Shown here piece by piece: positions 57,661 to 64,000 of a stretch of DNA of 64,000 bases. Under the pieces are notes generated by a model that did not search any database, was not told the DNA's origin, and saw only the letters and a program-made list of their open reading frames with translations. The stretch lies in contig CM059438.1 of the NCBI GenBank assembly GCA_030390025.1, positions 60,018,001 to 60,082,000 of the forward strand, in the 5' to 3' direction. The stretch is from Squalus acanthias (taxonomy: Eukaryota). Made by a program: the position numbers and the translations under genes. Positions within the stretch are counted from its first letter, which is position 1. Every line of letters starts with the position of its first letter.

Positions 57661-57778
57661 ACGTTTTTAAAATTAGTTAAAATTACATGAAATTTAATAT
57701 TTTAAACAAAAATTTTATTTTTTGAAACAAATAATTAAAGTTTTTTACGGGGCTAAAAATAAACTTACCTTTTTAAAA

Positions 57779-59208
57779 TAATAACAGAAAATGCTGGAAA
57801 CACTCAGCAGGCCAGGCAGCATCCGTGGAGAGAGAAACAGAGTTAACGTTTCAGGTCTGGGACCCTTCTTCAGAACTGGAAAAGTCTAGAGATGTAACAG
57901 ATTTTAAGCAGATGCGGAGGCAGGGGGAGGTGAGGATCTGAAGGAATAGTCTCTACTAGGGTAGGAGGCAGGAAAGATTAAATGTTGCAAATGGGGATGG
58001 CAGAATCATACAGCCTGAAAAATGTGGGCTGGGGTTATACTCTGAAATTGTTGAATTCAATGTTGAGTCCAGAAGGCTGTAAAGTGCCTAATCGGAAGAT
58101 GAGGTGATGTTCCTCGAGCTTACGTTAGCTTCATTGGAACAGTGTAAGAGGCCGAGGGCAGAGAGATCAGAGTGGGAGAATTAAAGTGACAGGCGACCAG
58201 AAGCTCGGGGTCACCCTTACGGACTGAATGGAGGTGTTCTGCAAAGCGGTAGCCCAATCTGCGTTTGGTCTCCCCAGTGTAGAGGAGACCGCATCATGAG
58301 CAGCGAATACAGTATACTAAATTGCAAGAAGTACAAGTAAATCGCTATTTCACCTGGAAGGGGTGTTTGGGGCCCTGGACAGTGGGAAGGGAGGAGGTAA
58401 AGGTCAGGTGTTGCATCTCCTGCGCTTGCACAAGAAGGTGCCGGGTGAAGGGGAAGGGCTGTTGGGGGTGATTGAGGAGTGGACCAGGGTGTTGCGGAGG
58501 GAGCGGTCCCTTCGGAATGCTGAAAGGGGAGGTGAGGGGAAGATGCGTTTGGTGGTGGGATCACGTTGGAGGTGGCGGAGGATGATCTGTTGAATGTGGA
58601 GGCTGGTGGGGTGAAAGGCGAGGACAAGGGGAACCCTATCGTGGTTCTGGGAGGGAGGGGAACGGGTGAGAGCAGAAGTGCGGGAAATGGAACGGACACG
58701 GTCAAGGGCCGTGTCAACCACAGTAGAGGGGAATCCTCGATTGAGGAAAAAGGAAGACATATTGGAAGCACTCGTATGGAAGGTGGCATCATCAGAACAG
58801 ATGCGGCGGAGACGGAGAAACTGGGAGAATGGAATAGAGTCCTTACAGGAAGCGGGGTGGGAGGAAGTGTAGTCCAGGTAGCTGTGATAGTCAGTGGGCT
58901 TGAAGTGGATGTTTGTTAATAGCCTATCGCCAGAAATGGAGACAGAGAAGTCAAGGAAGGGAAGAGAAGAGTCAGAGATGGACCATGTGAAGGTGAGGGA
59001 AGGGTGGAAATTGGAAGTAAAGTGAATGAACTTTTCTAGTTCAGGGCGAGAGCAGGGAACGGCACCAATACAGTCATCGATGTACCGGAAAAAGAGGTGA
59101 GGGAGGGGACCTGAGTAGGACTGGAACAAAGAATTTTCCACATATCCCATAGCAACACCTTTAATTTGGAGGAAGTGAGTGGAGTCAAAAGAGAAGTTGT
59201 TCAATGTG
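57779..59208 (-). mobile_element. Penelope-like element (RT plus GIY-YIG), 5'-truncated
   Basis: QIKGVAMG, FRYIDD, LPFLD, SSHP...SIPFSQFLRLRRICS; NLVYCIRC...YTGETKR near 58260-58325; flanked by a duplication of about 24 bp (57755-57778 and 59209-59233). Confidence 0.9.
57841..57878 (-). ncRNA. Candidate minimal hammerhead ribozyme in the Penelope end
   Basis: Minus strand CAGTT-CTGAAGA-AGGGTC-CCA-GACCT-GAAA-CGTTAACT: CUGANGA and GAAA core, stem II, palindromic AACGTT. Confidence 0.5.
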
Positions 59209-59669
59209 AAAAATAAACGTACCTTTTTTAAAAGTATTTTAAAATTATAAATGAGTGAAAAAAAATTATTTTACTTTTTTCAACTCTTATGCTGGTAAAA
59301 GCAGGCCTAAGATTTCTAAGGGTTTTCAGCGGGAGGAGGTTCTGCAGAAAGTGGAACTCTCTGTCCGCAGAGGCCCTTCTCCAAAGCTTTCTTGACAGAT
59401 CGGAAATGGCGGTTTTCAGTGCATTCACTTAGCATGCCTGAAACCGGCATTTCCGATGTCCCTATGGGTGTGTACACAGCGCTTACACACCCATAGGTAT
59501 CGGAAAATATGGGCCATGATGTTGCGAGGCAGAGGTGAGGTGCTGTAAGATTAGACACTGACAGGACCACTTGGTCAGCAAGACGTCAGCACTTGCCCCA
59601 GATAATTGTGACAAGTTGCCACCAGGTAGAAAGGGAGGGGATAAAGTTGTTACCAGGCAATACATCAAC

Positions 59670-59881
59670 TCACAGCCAATCACAAACTAGCAGGACTATT
59701 GCATTGAACCAATAGGAGAAAGCGCTCTGTGCAGTGGGCGGGCCCGCGCCTTGATTGACAGCGGGGGAACCAATGGCGAGATGGGAACAGGATTAATCTG
59801 TCCAATCGGGGAGGCGCAGCGGCGGTTACGGGGCCTAATCGCTGGCTCGGGGGAGCGATCAGTTTAAATCCATCTGTCGGC
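59670..59881 (+). promoter_or_regulatory. Promoter of beta-tubulin gene 2
   Basis: CCAAT at 59676, 59709, 59770 and 59802; GGGCGG near 59736; TTTAAA at 59863; CpG-rich. Confidence 0.75.
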
Positions 59882-59938
59882 ATGCGGGAGATCGTGCACG
59901 TTCAGGCCGGCCAGTGCGGGAACCAGATCGGGGCTAAG
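59882..59938 (+). CDS. tubb: Second beta-tubulin gene, exon 1 (remainder presumably beyond the window)
   Basis: MREIVHVQAGQCGNQIGAK, exactly 57 nt, then AAG|GTGTGT donor; absent from the ORF track. Confidence 0.9.
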
Positions 59939-60138
59939 GTGTGTTGTGTAGCCGCATTGAATATGGGGGAAGAGGGAACGGCCCTTACCGAAGGCGAAGC
60001 CTGGAGTCACGGCAGAAAGCCGAATTCAGATTGAAGACTGGGTCGGTCGGGAGCAGGCTCGGCCGTTGGTTGCCAGTGTCACAAAATGGCAGCCACGCCC
60101 TCACGTTTTACTCTCCGAATTTGCGCGGGCTTCCAATA

Positions 60139-60303
60139 GCGCATGCGCAGCTTCAACGGGCGATGGTCGCTCATGCGCAGATTGGACGGTCGGTTGGTCG
60201 CGCATGCGTAGATTGGACGGGCGGTTGGTCGCGCGTGTGCATCTTCAACGGTCGGGTGGTCGCACATGCGCAGCTGCAACGGGCAGGTGGTTGCGCACGA
60301 GCC
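60139..60303. repeat. 31-bp tandem repeat, five copies plus a partial, in intron 1 of tubulin gene 2
   Basis: Units start at 60139, 60169, 60200, 60231, 60262 and 60293; each begins with GCGCATGCGC or a variant. Confidence 0.85.
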
Positions 60304-61094
60304 CAGCCCCCCCCCGCGCGGAGGAGCCGGAGTCACGTGGACCCCCGCCTCCCCCTCCCTGCTCACACCACATTTACCATGATCTACATTTTCAGGCACT
60401 TTTCTTTAAACATGGTGAGCCCTGGTAGATGTTAGCCCTCCTCTTGTAACTTGAAGTAGTCTCATCCAACCAAAGGTAGGTGTAATCATTGGTCTGTGTA
60501 AACCTGGCTCAGATCAATCCGCTTATACCGGGAATCGAACCTGGGACCCAACGGAGTCCTCAGACGCCCTCTGGCTCAATGCCCGGAGCTGCCGGTAGTC
60601 TGTGCATAATGTAAATCTGTTATCCCTTGGGATATTTGTGCTGTCTGCCGATATTCTCCATTTTGGCCACAAGGTGATGCCAAACTAGATTCTCCCCCCC
60701 CCCCCCCGGAAACTTGCATTCAATGTCTTAGCCAGTCAGGGACCAAAATAAAACTGCGAACACAGAAAGGAGAAGGTTGAGGCGTCTTTAACGTTGCGAA
60801 AGGGTTTGATAGGGTCGACGTAAAGAAGATATTTCCACTTGTGGGGCAGTCAAAAACTGGAGGGACATAAATATAAGAGAGTCACTAATAAATCCAGCAG
60901 GATTTGTAATGGGAGAGGGAATAGCTGATGCTTAAAAAAAAATGACACGTCCCCTCCCCACCCCTTTAGTAATACTTTTTTAGTGACTTGCAATTGTGGA
61001 TGTATTCTTCAATTCAAGTCAGTTCCTTCAGCCAGGAAGGATAAATGTGTTCTGTTTTGCACCAGTACTAACATTGATTCACTTTTGTACTCGT

Positions 61095-63091
61095 TTATGG
61101 GATCTGGGCGTCGCTGGCAAGGCCAGCATTTATTGCCCATCCCTAGTTGCCCTTGAGAAGGTGGTGGTGAGCCGCCTTCTTGAACCGCTGCAGTCCGTGT
61201 GGTGAAGGTACTCCCACAGCGCTGTTAGGGAGGGAGTTCCAGGATTTTGACCCAGCGACGATGAAGGATCGTCGATATACTTCTAAGTCAGGTTGGTGTG
61301 TGACTTGGAGGGGAACTTGGAGGTGGTCGTGTTCCCATGCTGCCCTTGTCCTTCTAGGTGGAAGAAGTCGTGGGTTTGGGAGGTGCTGCTGAAGAAGCCT
61401 TGGCGAGTTGCTGCAGTGCATCTTGTAGATGGTGCTCACTGCTGCCACGGTACGCTGGTGGTGGAGGGAGTGAATGTTTAAGGTGGTGGATGGGGTGCCA
61501 ATCAAACTGGCTGCTTTGTCCTGGATGGTGTCGAGCTTCTTGAGTGTTGTTGCAGCTGCACTCATCCAGGCAAGTGGAGAGTATTCCATCATACTCCTTA
61601 CTTGTGCCTTGTAGATGGTGGAAAGGCTTTGGGGAGTCAGGGGGTGAGACACTCGCTGCAGAATACCTAGCCTCTGACCTGCTCTTGTTGCCACAGTATT
61701 TATGTGGCTGGTTCAGTTAAGTTTCTGGTCAATGGTGACCCCCAGGATGTTGATGGTGGGGGATTCGGCGATGGTAATGACGTTGAATGTCAAGGGGTGG
61801 TGGTTAGACTCTCGCTTGTTAGAGATAGTCATTGCTTGGCACTTCTGTAGCACGAATGTTACCTGCCAGTTATCAGCCCAAGCCTGAACGTCGTCCAGGT
61901 CTTGTTGCATGCGGGCATGGACTGCTTCATTATCTGAGGAGTTGTGAATGGCGCTGAACACTGTGCAGTCATCAACGAACATCCCCATTTCTGACCTTAT
62001 GTTGGAGGGAAGGTCATTGATGAAGCAGCTGAAGATAGTTGGGCCTAGCACACTGCTCTGAGGAACTCCTGCAGCGATGTCCTGGGGCTGTGATGATTGA
62101 CCTTCAATCACCACAACCATCTTCCTTTGTGCTAGGTATGACTCCAGCCAGTGGAAAGTTTTCCCCCCGATTCTCATTGACTTCAGTTTTACTAGGGCTC
62201 CTTGATGCCACACTCGGTCAAATGCTGCCTTGATGTCAAGGGCAGTCACTCTCCCCTTAGCTCTGGAATTCAGCTCCTTTGTCCATGTTTGGACCAGGAC
62301 TGTAATGAGGTCGGGAGCCGAGTGGTCTTGGCGGAACCCAAACTGAGCATCAGTGAACAGGTTGTTGGTGAGTAAGTGCTGCTTGATAGCACTGTCGATG
62401 ACACCTTCCATCACTTTGCTGATGATTGAGAGTAGACTGATGGGGCGGTAATTGACTGGGTTGGATTTGTCCTGCTTTTTTTGGACAGGACATACGTGGG
62501 CAGTTTTCCACATTGTCGGATAGATGCCAGTGTTGTAGCTGTACTGGACTTGGCTAGAGGTGCGGCTAGTTCTGGAGCACAAGTCTTCAACACGCTAGCC
62601 GGGATGTTATCCGGGCCCATAGCCTTTGCTGTATCCAGTGTGCTCAGCTGTTTCTTGATATCACGTGGAGTGAATCGAATTGGCTGAGCACTGGCTTCTG
62701 TGATGGTGGGGACTTCGGGAGTAGGCCAACATGGATCATCCACTCGGCACTTCTGGCAGAAGATGGTTGCGGACGCTTCAGCCTTGTCTTTTGCACTCAC
62801 GTGCTGGGTTCCACCATCATTGAGGATGGGGATATTCATGGAGCCTCCTCCTCCCGTTAGTTGTTTAATGGTCCACCACCATTCATGACTGGATGTGGCA
62901 GGACTGCAAAGCTTTGCTCTGATCCGTTGATTGTGGAATCGCTTAGCCCTGTCTATAGCATGCTGCTTCCGCTGTTTAACATGCATGTAGTCCAGTGTTG
63001 CAGCTTCCCCAGGTTGGAACCTCATTTTTAGGTACGCCTGGTGCTGCTCCTGGCATGCTCTTCTACACTCCTTATTGAACCATGTATGCAA
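61095..63091 (-). mobile_element. CR1/L2-group LINE of a second family, 5'-truncated and frameshifted
   Basis: KAMGPD, NYRPISLLS, QFGFR, DIKAAFD, GVPQSSVLGP, FVDD; a related tail lies at about 31600-31758. Confidence 0.9.
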
Positions 63092-64000
63092 TAAACATCT
63101 TGTAAGTATTTCTTAATCACCAAAATGTTGTACAAATGTTTAAAAAAAAAAATGCATTTTATTCAAGTCTAAATTTTGTGGGTGTCTTGCACTGTCTCAA
63201 AATTTAAATTGGCTGCTGGACTGAGCCAAGTTGAAGAAAAATGGGGCTATCTGGGACTGGCTGACTTTTGCGGCCTGCGACAGTAATACTGAAACCAAGT
63301 TTACAGTGCTGCTGTTCAAGCATCGAGTAACTTTACACTGTGGTGCTAAACTATAAATGAGACCATGGCTGTGAAATTGGAGCCCTTAGCCCCGACTGTT
63401 AAGGCTGGTTTGGAAGAACAAATGGCGGCTGCCTTGCTTCCGGTGGGTACCGCGGCAGCTGCCATTTTGGGTGGATTGACTGCGCTGCCGTTGCCTGCGC
63501 TCTCTGCAGAAATGGAAATGAGGCAGATCGTGACGTTAGTAAGTGATTTTGGACGTTGCCGCTCCATTTAATGTCCTCTCCTAATCATGACCAGCTGAGC
63601 ATGCGTTCAGCAGCAGGAAGGACCCCCACCAGCGCTATTTAAAGGCATCAGCAACAACTTTGCTGCTGATTTACTTTTTCACTTCTACTGGCTCTGAGTA
63701 AGTTTGCTGGAGCATTCTAGAGTTGTTTAATGTTGCTGAGGTGACGTAGAGTGTTGCTACAAGTGGAGAACGCCTTGCTTCTGATTTAAAGGGTTCTGCT
63801 CACACCACTTACGAACATACGAATTAGGAGCAGGAGTAGGCCACTTGGCCGTTCGAGCCTGCTCCGCCATTTAATAAGATCATGGCTGATCCGATTACTC
63901 CACATTCCCGCCTACCCCCAATAACTTTTCACGCCCTTGCTTACCAAGAACCTATCTACCTCTGCCTTAAAAATATTCAAAGACTCTGCTTCCACCGCCC

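Larger units (their letters stand above)
54543..59516. mobile_element. Harbinger-like MITE expanded by three nested insertions
   Basis: TIRs TGGCCCGTAATTTCCGAT / ATCGGAAAATATGGGCCA (16 of 18 match), flanked by TAA and TGA. Confidence 0.55.

Overview
Vertebrate genomic DNA, most likely a cartilaginous fish (inferred from the DeuSINE, CR1, L2 and Penelope repeat mix). Host genes: one complete four-exon beta-tubulin (TUBB4B-like, 443 aa, CDS 5806-14295, + strand) and exon 1 plus promoter of a second, tandem beta-tubulin at 59882. The main structure is a three-level nest on the - strand. A CR1 LINE is split by a young epsilon/gamma-like provirus (36270-51754; 4-bp TSD, tRNA-Gln PBS, UGA gag-pol readthrough). 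That provirus is split inside its protease by a second, internally deleted provirus (42441-48658; tRNA-Ser PBS, no TSD). The two proviruses differ clearly in Gag, Pol, LTR and PBS but carry closely related Env genes, and each has a small hydrophobic ORF in a normally non-coding segment. The window also holds a solo LTR, two hAT elements (one carrying a 21-bp minisatellite), Harbinger-like MITEs, a Penelope-like element with a candidate hammerhead core, and many LINE/SINE fragments. All family assignments are by eye; no database searches were run.
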